Below are positions 51,839-64,000 of a stretch of DNA of 64,000 bases, one piece after another. The DNA is from Octopus sinensis (Eukaryota). The stretch spans positions 100,812,001 to 100,876,000 of the forward strand of contig NC_043000.1 in NCBI RefSeq assembly GCF_006345805.1, in the 5' to 3' direction. A program made the position numbers and the translations under genes. A model generated the notes under the pieces. The model saw only the letters and a list, made by a program, of their open reading frames with translations, had not been told where the DNA came from and searched no databases. Each line of letters opens with the position of its first letter. The stretch's first letter is position 1.

Positions 51839-52774
51839 ATAATAATAATAATAATAATAGTAATAATAATAATAATAATAATAATAGTAATAATAATAAT
51901 AATGATGAGGATGATGATGATAACAAGAAGAAGAAGAAGAAGGAGGAAATTGAGACTTTTGACCATTATTCACACCACTACCATCACCACCATTATCATC
52001 ATCACCACCACCACCACCAATACCACCACCACAACCACTATAATAGTCATAAATTCAACACAACAATTCTACAGAACAATCAGCCAAAATGTCATGGACA
52101 TTTCTTACACTTAACCAAACTGATAAAGCTCTGATGTTGTTATGACAACAGTTACCAATAGTAACCAGAAAAGCCAAGTGGTGCTCATCAATTTTTATTG
52201 ATTTTCTTTCAAAGAAAACATTCAACACAGAAAACTAAGTTGTGTTGTTGAGTTGTGGTGGGTAGGACCACCATTGTGGTGATGGAAGGCGGCTTGGCTG
52301 GATCATGTTAGTAGGAGTGGTTACGATGATGATGACAGTGGGAGGGGCCTGATGCTGGTTTTGGAGGTGGGCGTGATTGTGGTGGAACCATGAGCTTTAC
52401 GATACTGATGGCAAGAGAGGGATTTATTTTTTATGATGGTGGTAGGAACGACGTTGAGGGTGGTAGGGATGATGGTGGTTTTGGGTGTGGTGTCACTTGT
52501 AGAGATGTAAAGTAGTGTGGGCGGTACCTGCATAATGGTTTGATGTTGTTCTTGTTGAATAACTCCAGCTGAACATTGATTGAACAATACTATGGCACAC
52601 AAGTAGTTTAGTTGGCTGAACACTAACCACAGATGCATATTCTTTCTACAAGCTTCACTACATGCAATCTGACAAGTAGTTGGTTGGAACAGAGGCCAAT
52701 CAGTAAAGGTGGACTTGGTCAGATAACAACCCTAGTTGTTCCTCCACCCTATTATTGGCTGTGTGCATCCAGTG

Positions 52775-53330
52775 AACTGCATGGCTCAGTGGTTAGAGTG
52801 TCAAGCTTAAGCTCGTGAGATTGTAAGTTCAATTCCCGGACCAGGCTGCATGTTGTGTTCTTGAGCAAGACACTTTATTTCACGTTGCTCCAGTTAACTC
52901 AGCTGTAGAAATGAGTTGCGACATCATTGGTGCCAAGCTGTATTGGCCCTTTCCTTTCTCTTGGATAACATCAGTGATGTAGAGAGGGGAGGCTGGTATG
53001 CATGGGCGGCGAGCTGGTAGAATCGTTAGCACGCCAGACAAAATGCTTAGCAATATTTCGTCTGCCGCTACGTTCTGAGTTCAAATTCCGCAGGGGTCGA
53101 TTAAATAAGTACCAGTTATGCACTGGAGTCAATGTAATCGAATTAATACGTAAGTCTGTCCTTGTTTGTCCCCTCTATGTTTAGCCCCTTGTCGGTAATA
53201 AAGAAATAGGTATGCATGGGTGACTTCTGGCCTTCCATAAACAACTTTGCCGGGACTTGTGCCTCAGAGTGTAACTTTTTAGGTGCAATCCCATGGTCAT
53301 TCATGACCGAAGGGGGTCTCCTCACATCCA
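52775..53330 (+). mobile_element. SINE family 4 interrupted by a SINE family 2 copy (53005-53208) with a 12-bp TSD
   Basis: GGTATGCATGGG at 52995-53006 and 53209-53220. Host head TGGCTCAGTGGTTAGAG and tail CATGACCGAAGGGGGTCT. Confidence 0.9.
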
Positions 53331-53513
53331 GTGAGGATAATAATATTGTTGCCCTTACAGCTATTTCAATGTAGCTGAATTGCATATGCTTGGATTTCTG
53401 CATGGTAAAGATCCTTTTCAGATGTTGTACAAGTTTTCTGTGGTGTTGTACATGTCTGGTTATTTGAAGGTGGTTTTTCATGTGGTACCAGAAACCATGT
53501 GGTGGTTGATGCT

Positions 53514-53942
53514 CAGCACTGGATTAACCATGAAGCAAAATAAGCACATGCTTAGGGCATCAAGAGACGGAGGGGGGGGCACCACAGAAATAGTAAATGG
53601 TTTACGGCACAAAAGAAATCACTTTAAACTTGCTAAAATAATATTCGGGATGCCTTTATCTCTACTAAGTAAAGACACAGATGTGTTACCTAAGATTTAT
53701 TTTGAGGATCTGATCAAAGACTTTGCAATTCAAAAAAGTAGGAGGAAACTTTTCAAATATAAATAAAGTGGAAGTATACAAAAGTAAACATTATTTTCCC
53801 TCTTACTGTTTTGTTTCATTTTGAAAAATAAAAATTTATTTTATGGTTTGTTATTGTTTATATTTTCAATTACATAATCTTTTATGGGGGCACCAGAATC
53901 TTTTAAGTGCTTAGGGCCTCAATGAGTTTTAATCCAGCCCTG
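53514..53942 (+). mobile_element. hAT-family non-autonomous element (429 bp)
   Basis: TIRs CAGCACTGGATTAA / CAGGGCTGGATTAA, and a perfect 8-bp TSD TTGATGCT (53506-13; 53943-50). The interior FEDLIKDFAIQKSRRKLF resembles the hAT transposase C-terminus. Confidence 0.92.
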
Positions 53943-54903
53943 TTGATGCTTGTGGTGTATCAATCACATCGTGGTTGATGCTTGGTGTGGCAATAAAATA
54001 TCTCCTTCTTGTATCCAGAGGGTATTTTTCTTTTAGTATTTTAGTATTTGTGCAGGTGATCAGTGGATGTGTGTTATCTGTGTACAATATGTAATGATGC
54101 TCATATAATCATTTTACACTAATTTTTTTTTCCATGCTGACTTGGATTAGCCAAATGCATATTACTGAGGCATTATTTTTATGTAGCTGGATGTCATTCA
54201 TGTCACAACATGTACTTTTATGAAAGAGATCTGGTTGCTGTTTCTAGCAGGTCCAAGAACCTAATAGATGCTCCTTGGTTGGCTCACATTGACATTGTTG
54301 ATATTGTTGTTGGTGGTGGTGGTGGTGGCGGTAATGGTCATCGTCGTCATGGTCATGGTGGTCATGATGGTCTTGGTAGTTGTCATCGTCATCATTATCA
54401 TAATGTTCATAGTGTTTAAACCTAGGTCATGGGCTGCCTAGCAGTTCAGCAAAAGAGATCGATAGAATAACTACCAGCCTTAAAAATAAAACTACTGGGA
54501 TCGATTCACTTGATTAATATTCTTCAAGGGCCCCAGCATGGCCACAATCTAATGACTGAAACAAATAAAAGAAAGGCTTAATCCAATGTCTGAATTAACC
54601 TTGGTTTGTACATTTATCAATGACCCAGTTTAACACCCTCACCTGGTTCTTGGGTGCCACAGGAGATTCCACTTTGTTGCAAGCATTTGGTGAGTGGGAG
54701 ATCTCCAACTTTTTAATAACTATCCCCTTTCTTCTTACCAGTTTTCACTGTATTAAAAATAAGGGATCATAGACACTGCCCTCTCTCATTAAATGATAAA
54801 GGAAAAAAAACTCTGATTTATGATCAAATGCATTCCATCCATGCCCACCTACAACAAGATAAAATAATGGAATTCTGAATTATGAATAGTTTTTTTTCTT
54901 TTT

Positions 54904-55301
54904 TGAAATTTTCAGAAAATTTTAGCAAATTTGTGTTCTACACATGGGAAATCATACGACTATCCCCCAATCTTTTTTAATTTTCCAAAATTTTAAAATA
55001 ATTTTTGCTTTAATTTTTCTGAACTTATTCGGTTTTTTTTTTAATAAATAACAGTTTAAAATATGAACAGACCAAATTTTTGGTTTAAGTCTCAGCAACA
55101 CGCCATTAAACGAGTTTATGGGGAGAAAGACATTGTAAAATGAGAAACAAACAAGGACAGTATGAGGTGGACGTGCAATGTGCTAAAATTAACAGCTTAA
55201 TACCCCTTAAATCACACAAAAAATTCTCCTTTTTGGTTTTTGCACAGTCATATGATTTCCCATGTGTAAAACAAATTCACAAAAGTTTTCTGAAAATTCC
55301 A
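54904..55301. mobile_element. Fold-back/MITE-like element with ~57-bp imperfect inverted repeats
   Basis: 54904-54961 vs 55246-55301 (TTTTCAGAAAA..AATTTG..ACACATGGGAAATCATA.GACT). Confidence 0.65.
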
Positions 55302-55544
55302 ACGAATTAAAAAACGTTATGAGGAGTTATATGTCATACACAAAGCAGAATTCTGCTGATAAAATTCTATGAATCATTGAAAGATACATTACGAGGGGTC
55401 ACACAACTTGACAGATGTAACAGCCATGCTCCTCTCATGCCACATTTTACCATCTTAGAAATGAAAAGACACATTGGGGAGTGTATGTTGCCAATATATT
55501 AAAATCTTTACCATTCGGATTATTCTATCAAATGTAATGCTTAT

Positions 55545-55722
55545 TTATGCACATCACTTTTAAATAATCATGCATTATCTTGCAGTTTTGAGATTTTTAT
55601 GGTGTGATTGTCAATATTCAGAATCACAATGTAGGTTAGGAGTGGGTGATTGGCCAGTTTGGACATAAAACAGATAGAATATTAGGGCCTGGTATGTCCA
55701 GTTTAAATGCTAAAGGGTTAAA
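55545..55722 (+). mobile_element. piggyBac-like MITE, right part
   Basis: Ends TAAATGCTAAAGGG|TTAA. Confidence 0.6.
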
Positions 55723-55991
55723 TAAGAGCATTAGGGTGGTTGCAATGCCTTTGAACATAGTTTGACTATAGCAATCTGTATACCATACTTAAAGCAGATT
55801 CATCATTGAAAGCTTAATTAACTGCAGTATTTGTCTGAGGTAATATCTCTTATAGATGTACAGTGTTAAAAAACAGTAGCAGATGAGAACAGTCCTGCTG
55901 CTGTGATGGCATTGCTAAATGTGCATTTCTGCCTCTGTGGGCGTTATCAGTGGCAAGTAGCTTCTGGTAAGTTCATGCTAAGACAAAATCA

Positions 55992-56430
<439 letters not shown>

Positions 56431-57090
56431 TAATGAGAGAGTACTATTGATATTATAAAACTGTGATTATATCAATAATAGTTGATTTTGTCTAGCATGC
56501 AGTTGTCAGCAGATACCTACCAGGCAGGCAAAAATGTGCATTTAGTAAAGTCATCACCATTGCAAGATGATTTTCATCTCTAACTGATATATTTTTGCAT
56601 TTTTAACGCTGTATATCCATATGAGATATTATCTGAGGATGAATACCACAGTAAATCAGGATTTCAATGTTGTAGCTGCTTCAAGTCTGATACACAAATT
56701 GCTGTTTTAAACTAATACAGCTTCTGTCATACATAACAGATAGTTTATTCATTTCTATGAAAAAAAAAACAAAAAAAAACAGACAATACCAATACTTGGT
56801 ATATATTTTTATATATACAGTCACTACACTTATATCGAAATACAAATTAAATCACCTAGCAGAAATTAAGACACGTTTTCTACATGGCTATGAGCAGTTT
56901 CATCTCAGTATCACAGCAATAAGTTAAGTAAACTTGAAATTTGGAACTGTGTAGTCAATTAGATAATCACAACGAGGTAACCAAAGTCTTTGATATCGAT
57001 AAAGACGTGTGTGAGTATGTATATATATATATAGAAAGAGAGAGAGAAAGAGATAGATAGATATACATAAATACATATATATACACACAC

Positions 57091-57164
57091 ACGTTTATAT
57101 ATATATATATATAATATATATATATATATATACACTCAAATATATAGATACATATACATACACT

Positions 57165-57204
<40 letters not shown>

Positions 57205-57296
57205 TATACATATATACACACACACGTTTATATATATATATAGACATATATATATATATATATACACTCAAATATATAGATACATATACATACACT

Positions 57297-57340
<44 letters not shown>

Positions 57341-57365
57341 TATACATATATACACACACACACAT
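57091..57365 (+). repeat. Tandem duplication of a ~135-bp compound microsatellite unit
   Basis: CACTCAAATATATAGATACATATACATACACTTAAA occurs twice. Confidence 0.85.
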
Positions 57366-57713
57366 ACGTGTGTGTGTGTAAGATAATACCTTCAAGTTGT
57401 ATTTTTCCCCTACAGCAAGGTAGTAAAGCTTTATAAGTTTTAAATGAAAATATATGTCTTGATGTATGATATCTAAAAAGTAATGTTCATGCTATGTTGC
57501 TGTTCTAGTAGTGAATCATGCATCATCATCATCATCATCATCATTTAACATCCATTGTCAATGTTGGCATGAGTTGTACAGTGTGACCAGAGCTGGAAAG
57601 CCAAGGGGTTGCACCAGACCCCAGTTTGATCTGGCATGATTTTTACAGCCGTATGTCCTTCTTAATGCCAACCACTTTACAGAGTGCTACTTTTGACCCA
57701 TCCTGTATATATC

Positions 57714-57812
<99 letters not shown>

Positions 57813-58574
57813 TATGACAGGCTTCTTACAGTTTCTGTCTACCAAATATCCACTCACAAGTCTTTGGTTAGCCCAAGGCTATAGTGGAAGACACTTGCCC
57901 AAGGTGCCACATGGTGGGGACTGAGCCCAGAACCATGTGGTTGGGAAGCAAGCTACTTACCACACAGCCACTTCTGCTCCTGTCCCACTCCTATCCCTGT
58001 CCCACTACTTCCCCTGTGCCACTCCTGCCCCTATGCCATTCCTGCCCCTATATATGTGTGTGTGTGTGTGTGTGGTCAATAGTTCATATATCTACAGCAT
58101 CAGAGTGGTAATATTTTTGTTTAGGAAGTTAAATGTTATGGCTGGTCACAGTGTGACCATTGGTTTCACATTTATGAAATGCTTAGCAGCATAAGTGACT
58201 TACCAGACTCAAATAGCCGAAGGCGCATGATCTTATAGATGCAAAACCAATGGTCACTCTATGACCAACCATAATATTTAACTTCCCAAAAAAAAGGAAA
58301 TTATATACATATATTTCTATACATGCAAAGTGCCACATAGTGGTATTGAATCTCAAACCATGTGGCTGTGGAGCAAGTGTCTTAACTGCATGGCCATATC
58401 TGTATCTTTATTTACTTTTAAACAGTTTCAGTTTTTATTTGTACCTCAGGTTTTTCTAAATGTATCTGTATTTTGCACATATCTATGCCACTGTATGCCA
58501 CGGCACACTGGTGTGCCACATGACGATGCTAGGTGTGCCACAGTGTAATCTTAATGTGATTTTTCTCCCCATGT

Positions 58575-59130
58575 CATCATCATCGTTTAACGTCCGTTCT
58601 CCAAGCTAGCATGGATTGGACAGTTCGACTGGGATCTGGGAAGCCAGAAGGCTGCACCAGGCTCCAGTCTGATCTGGCAGTGTTTCTACAGCTGGATGCC
58701 CTTCCTAACGCCAACCACTCCATGAGTGTAATGGGTGCTTTTTACGTGCCACCAGCACAGGTGCCAGGCGAGGCTGGCAACGGCCACGATTGGATTGGTG
58801 CTTTTTACGTGCCATCGGCACGGAAGCCAGTCAAGGCGGCACTGGTATCGGCCATGTTCGGATGGTGCTTTTTACGTGCCACTGGCACAGGGATCACATC
58901 TACAATTTCCATTGATTTTTGATGTTGACTCAATAGGTCTCCTCAAGCACAGGGTCGAAACAGTGTTTCTTTACTTGCCACCTGCACAGGAGTCAGTCCA
59001 GCGACACTGGCAACTGCCGGGTGCCAGTCATAGGATTGGTTCAATTTCGATTCCGATTTCACTTGCCCCAACAGGTCTTCACAAACAGAGTCTCATGTGT
59101 TTAGTTATATTTTTAGTTCAGGTGCGCTAC
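58575..59130 (-). mobile_element. RTE-type retroposon 3' segment (longest copy)
   Basis: Tail CGTTTAACGTCCG, three hairpin units, and TGTGCTTGAGGAGACC on the minus strand. Confidence 0.85.
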
Positions 59131-61333
59131 CGAATTTTGAAAAGAATATAAGAGTACTGCAAGTGAAAAAAATGTTGCTGGGCACTGATGTATAGCAACA
59201 ATTCTTTATATGTCATACACTCTCTCTGCTACCTATATTTATATTTGCGTCAAGATCTCTTAATCTGTGTCTTGAGCATATCTGTTTTGTTAATAATATA
59301 TGTCTGCGTGTGTGTGTATTTTTTATGGTGGAATGAAATACTATGAACCAAGTAGCTTATTGTCACTTGTCACTATTCACACAAGGCAAAATAATTTCTA
59401 TCTCTATGAATTAAAACAAAAAGTAAAAATTGAAGAAATTATTTTTTTAGAAAACTATTAAAAATAAATTAAAAATCCAGTGGAAATAATGGGGAGAAGA
59501 ATAAAAGAAAAATGCAAATGATAGAAAGATAAGTTATTTAAAGGAAAATATAATATATATATATAATTACTGTTTTGAGGATATGATGGAATTTTTCAGA
59601 ATGAAATTATAATACTCTTTGAGGAACTCATTTGTGAGAATTCTCCCTGTTCTAAAAAGAAGAAATAACAGAAAAATAATAGCATGAAAGTAAATAAAAT
59701 AATAAGGAATAAGTAAATATACTTAAGGATTTATTAAAAGAATTTTTGTTAACGTTAGTGGAAAGATGATTACACATGAAAGAGATATGATGGAAAGTAA
59801 AAAAAAACTGAAACCAGAAAAATTATTTTTCAGTCATGAAAATAGTGATGAGAAAATTTAAATGAATAAAAATAAAAATAGATGAAAATAAATGAACAAT
59901 GATATTTTTACTTCTTCATTTAAAAATAAATTTAAAATTTGAAATATTATTAGCGAGATGAGAACTTGTATATTTTTTGTCTTTGTATATTTTTGTCTTT
60001 ATTATTAACATTATTATTATTATTATTATTATTATCATTATTGGTACTCCTTTTTCTCTATTTTAAATAATCACCAGTAAATTTCATTCAAGTTATGATA
60101 CTTAAAAGTATGGAAGTATTTCAGAAGTGCAAGAATTGCTTCTTTAAGTTTTTTGGCAAGATGAAATTATAACCAAAGTCAAGAAGCATTTGTTATAAAT
60201 AAACTTTATTTCAATTTCAAAATTCCAACTGTTTCAAATCAGTTATTTTGGGGGCTTTTTTTTTTATCCTTCGTTAGTGTAAATAGTTTTATGTTGTTTC
60301 GTTTTTTGTTATTTATCACCATCATTATCAATGTCTGTTCTCTTTCTTGGAATGGGTTGAATGCTTTGACAGGATCTGGTGAGCTGCTGGGCTGCTCTGG
60401 GTTCTAGTGTCAGCTTTAGCATGGTTCCTATGACCAGATGTCATTCCTAATACCAATGATATTAATGTGTATACTGAGTATTTTTTCATGCCGCTGGCAT
60501 CAGTGAGGTGGCTGAGTAACTTACAAGACAGAAAAAGGACAAAGAAAAAGAAAAATCTCTCTCACTACTAAGTGGTGGGAGTGAAGTGAAGAGGGAAGGT
60601 TTTATGCTAAGTTTTGAAAAGTTGAAGTATGATAGAGGGACAAGCACAGGTGTCTAGCTACAGAGGAGATACATGGCTACCACACTTAATATAGAAGTGG
60701 CTGGGAGTAGTTGAGAGGCTGTTAAAGAAGGTGGTGAGAAAGTGCCAGAACAAAACTCTCAAGGTAGAAGAGGGTCAGCATAAGAGAGGATACAGACAGG
60801 GGGTCTATCTCAGACCAGTAATGAGGAAAATGTGGGCAATCAGCAGTAATGGGTAAAATGCCAGAGAAAATGCTTTGCAATATTTAGTTGCAAATAAAGG
60901 TGGTGAACTGGCAGAGTTATTAGCACACCAGGCAAAATGCTTAGCGGCATTTTGTCCATTTTAATGTTCTGAAGTTTAAATTCCACCAAGGCTGACTTTA
61001 CTTTTCATCCATTCAGGGTTGATAAAATAAGTACCAGTGATGAACTGGGGTTGATGCAATCAATTTACTCTCTCTTACAAAATTGCTGGCCTTGTGCCAA
61101 AATTTGAAACCAATATCTAATTGCAAATTAGGTTTCAAATTCAGTCAACGCTGTTTTGTCCTTCATACTTCCGAAGTAGATAAAATAAAGTCCGATGAAG
61201 TATTAGATGTGATTGGAATTATAACAGAAGAGGACTAGATCAAATTCATAATGAGATATACATGTGTATACATATATATATATATGTGTGTGTATGCATG
61301 TGTGTGTATGTATATAAGTATATATATATATAT

Positions 61334-61802
61334 ATGTGTATGTCTGTGTGTCTTTCTGTTTGTGTTTTTCCAGCACCACCACTTGTCAACTGGTGTTGGT
61401 TTGTTTATGTCCATGTAACTTAGTGGTTTGGCCAGAAAAGACAGATAGAATAGGTACCAAATTTTGAAAAGAAAATATTAAGTACAGGGGTCAATTTGTT
61501 CAACTAAAACCCTTCAGCATGGCCACAATTGACTAAAACAAACAAATGATGTAAAAGATAGGTACAGATCTTTCTCCTCTTTTTTATAAGTCTTGTAGAA
61601 ATAAAAATTGAAAAAAAACTCCCAAAACACCTAAAATAATAAACAGTTTCCAATTGCACAAAATGGCAATATTTTTGGTATGTGTGTGTATGTATACACA
61701 TGTGTGTGTGTTTGTATGTTTATGTGTGTATGGGTGTGTTTGTCTATGTGTGTGTATGTGTTTGCATGTGTATGTAAGTGTATGTGTCTATGTATATGTT
61801 GT
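61334..61802 (+). repeat. Copy of 50228-50736 between ~60-bp direct repeats (61200-61259, 61801-61862)
   Basis: Direct alignment by eye; this copy has a small CAG-bounded deletion in the SINE tail. Confidence 0.88.
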
Positions 61803-62675
61803 ATTAGATGTGAACGGAATTATAACAGAAGGGGATTGGATCAAATTTATGATGAAAGATATTTTTAAGCTATGGCTAGGCTGTCTTTTTCCTTCAGACA
61901 TTGTGTAACTCTAATCAATTTTGCCAATGTATTTTTCCATTTTTAAAAAGAACGGTGTGTAGCTTGAAGAATATTTAGCAATTTTTTTCTTACAAGTTGT
62001 TCAACCACTTAGAAAGTTGCCATTATTGGCTCATTTTATTGAGTTTTTCATTTGGTTTATGCTATAAAAAAATTAGAAATTAAAGTCTCTGTATGAACTC
62101 TCATAAAGATTTTATTACAAAATACCTTCTTGTTTATTTGAGAAATATTTACTGCATGTGTGTGGTGTGTACGTGTGTGTACATTAGGATGAGTCAAATA
62201 AATTGAGACCTGACCTTATCAAATTGTTCCAATACATAGAAGAGCTTGGTAAAAATATTTTCAAAGAGAATATATATTCGTAGATTACATAAGTGGCCCA
62301 AGTTTATCCTCGTTTGTTCCAATTAGGCATGAACAGAAACAGCAGCTCTTATAAACAAATTTTCAGTTAATTTAAAATCTACCAAGACTGCAAACTCATA
62401 TCTGATTTAACAGATAATAAAAAGGTTATGTCTTCCTATTTTGGATTTATCACTGGCTAAAATGAAATTGATAGAATTTCCAAAGATAATCAAAGTGGGG
62501 AAGTTATAACACAAGCAATTTACAATGGCTTTCAGAATTGGAAATTCAAAAATATTGTCTCTGGAAGTGTGCTCTAACAGAACAATTTATAAACTGGATG
62601 AGTTCCCACATCATGTATGTGTTCTTGATTATTTGTTAAATTAGAAATGTTTGTCTGTTACATGCTGGTATCATA

Positions 62676-62890
62676 TGGTGGTGAGCTGGCAGAAGCGTTA
62701 GAACATGGGACGAAATACTTAGCAGAATTTCGCCTGTCGCTACGTTCCGAGTTCAAATTCCGCCAAGGTTGACTTTGCCTTTCACCCTTTCAAGATCGAT
62801 AAATTAAGTACAAGTGAAACACTGGGGTTGGTGTAATTGACAAGTCCCCTCCCATAAAATTTCAGGTCTTGTGTCTATAATAGAAAGAAT
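62676..62890 (+). mobile_element. SINE family 2 (alternative tail)
   Basis: GGTGGTGAGCTGGCAGAAGCGTTAG ... GAGTTCAAATTCCGCC ... GGTCTTGTGTCTATAATAGAAAG. Confidence 0.85.
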
Positions 62891-63224
62891 ATATTGATGA
62901 TAGTTTTGGGCATTAGCTTTGTAGAATGTACATTTAACCTTCTAGCATTTAAACTGGTCATCTCAGGCTCTAATATTCTTTTTTATGCTCAAACTGACCA
63001 GATCCAACCTCTCACTCTTACCCTATAATATCATTCTAAAAGTAAACAATCACATCAGTGCAAACTCAAAGCTATATTATAAAGCATGAATAATTCAAAA
63101 TAGTCATCATTAACATCATCATCATCATTGTTGTCACCGTTTAACATCTGCTTTCCATGCTGGCATGGGTTGGACGGTTTGACATAGAACTGGCCAGCAG
63201 GGAGTTGTCCACACTCCAGAATTG

Positions 63225-63437
63225 TTAACACACTGGGTGAAATGCTTAACGGCATTTCGTCTGCCGCTATGTTCTGAGTTCAAATTCCGCCAAGGTCAAC
63301 TTTGCCTTTCATCCTTTCAGAGTCAATTAAATAAGTACCAGTTACGCACTGCAGTCGATATAATCGACTTGATCCATTTGTCTGTCCTTGTTTGTCCTCT
63401 ATGTGTTTAGCCCCTTGTGGGTAGTAAAGAAATAGGT
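63225..63437 (+). mobile_element. SINE family 2 inserted into an RTE-type segment
   Basis: SINE body and tail AAGAAATAGG lie between two pieces of the RTE-type repeat (63115-63210 and 63438-63635). Confidence 0.8.
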
Positions 63438-64000
63438 TTCTATGACTGCATGCCCTTCCTAATGCCAACCACTTAACAGAGTGTGCTGGGTGCTTTTTAT
63501 GTGCCACCTGCATGGGTGTGTTTACACAGCACTGGCACAGGTATGTTCATGCAGCACTGGCACAGGTATGTTCATGCAGCACTGGCATTGGTGCATTTAC
63601 ACAGCACCAGCATGGGTGATTATATGTGGCACCAGTACCCGAAAGGACAAATATTTATGTGTGGAAGGTAACAATTTTACCAAGCTTGACATGCCTTATG
63701 AAGTACTGCAAAACAATGTGAATAAATAAGCATTACAATTGACTGAGGAATCTGAATGTTAGAGGGTCAAACATTTCCAGTCACAGTACCTCATTATTGA
63801 TCAAAGCAAATTTGATAATACTTTTTGGATGAAGTTACTTAATCATCCTTTTAGCATTCAGTTTACTTTGTCAAATGTAATGCTTTATTATTCACATTGT
63901 TTTGAATTAATTATGCATTATCGCATAACATTGAGGTTTTAATGTGGTGATTGTTTATTTTAGAATGATATAGTAATGTGGGTATGAGAGGTCAGATGTG

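Noticed and set aside
61654-61908. ORF ending VLDVNGIITEGDWIKFMMKDIF
   Set aside because: It derives from a microsatellite plus the duplicated 60-bp segment, whose other copy has an in-frame stop and begins in a decayed SINE.

Overview
Eukaryotic, AT-rich, repeat-saturated genomic DNA, most likely octopus. The taxon call is recalled from the tRNA-derived SINE repertoire and microsatellite load, not from a database hit. I recognise no intact host protein-coding gene, and almost all ORF-track entries are translations of microsatellites or SINEs. The window holds long (TA)n/(CA)n/(CATA)n/(AAT)n/(GAT)n tracts and at least four tRNA-headed SINE families. It also holds decayed LINEs (CR1/L2-group RT, RTE, restriction-like-endonuclease type), Penelope-like element (PLE) RT and GIY-YIG fragments, mariner/Tc1 relics (DD34D, DD41D), hAT and piggyBac-like MITEs, and a U2 snRNA-derived pseudogene. 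The main unexplained structure is about a dozen minimal type-I hammerhead-ribozyme motifs in different small elements sitting in (TA)n tracts. Several have intact cores and some carry the compensatory U3-A8 core. One lies in a 361-bp unit found in two circular permutations (retrozyme-like). Other highlights: a U2-RTE chimera lacking the branch-point pairing sequence, a SINE/LINE shared 3' tail with a compensated hairpin, and two duplication-with-templated-insert events. All folds and alignments were done by eye; coordinates of decayed repeats are approximate.
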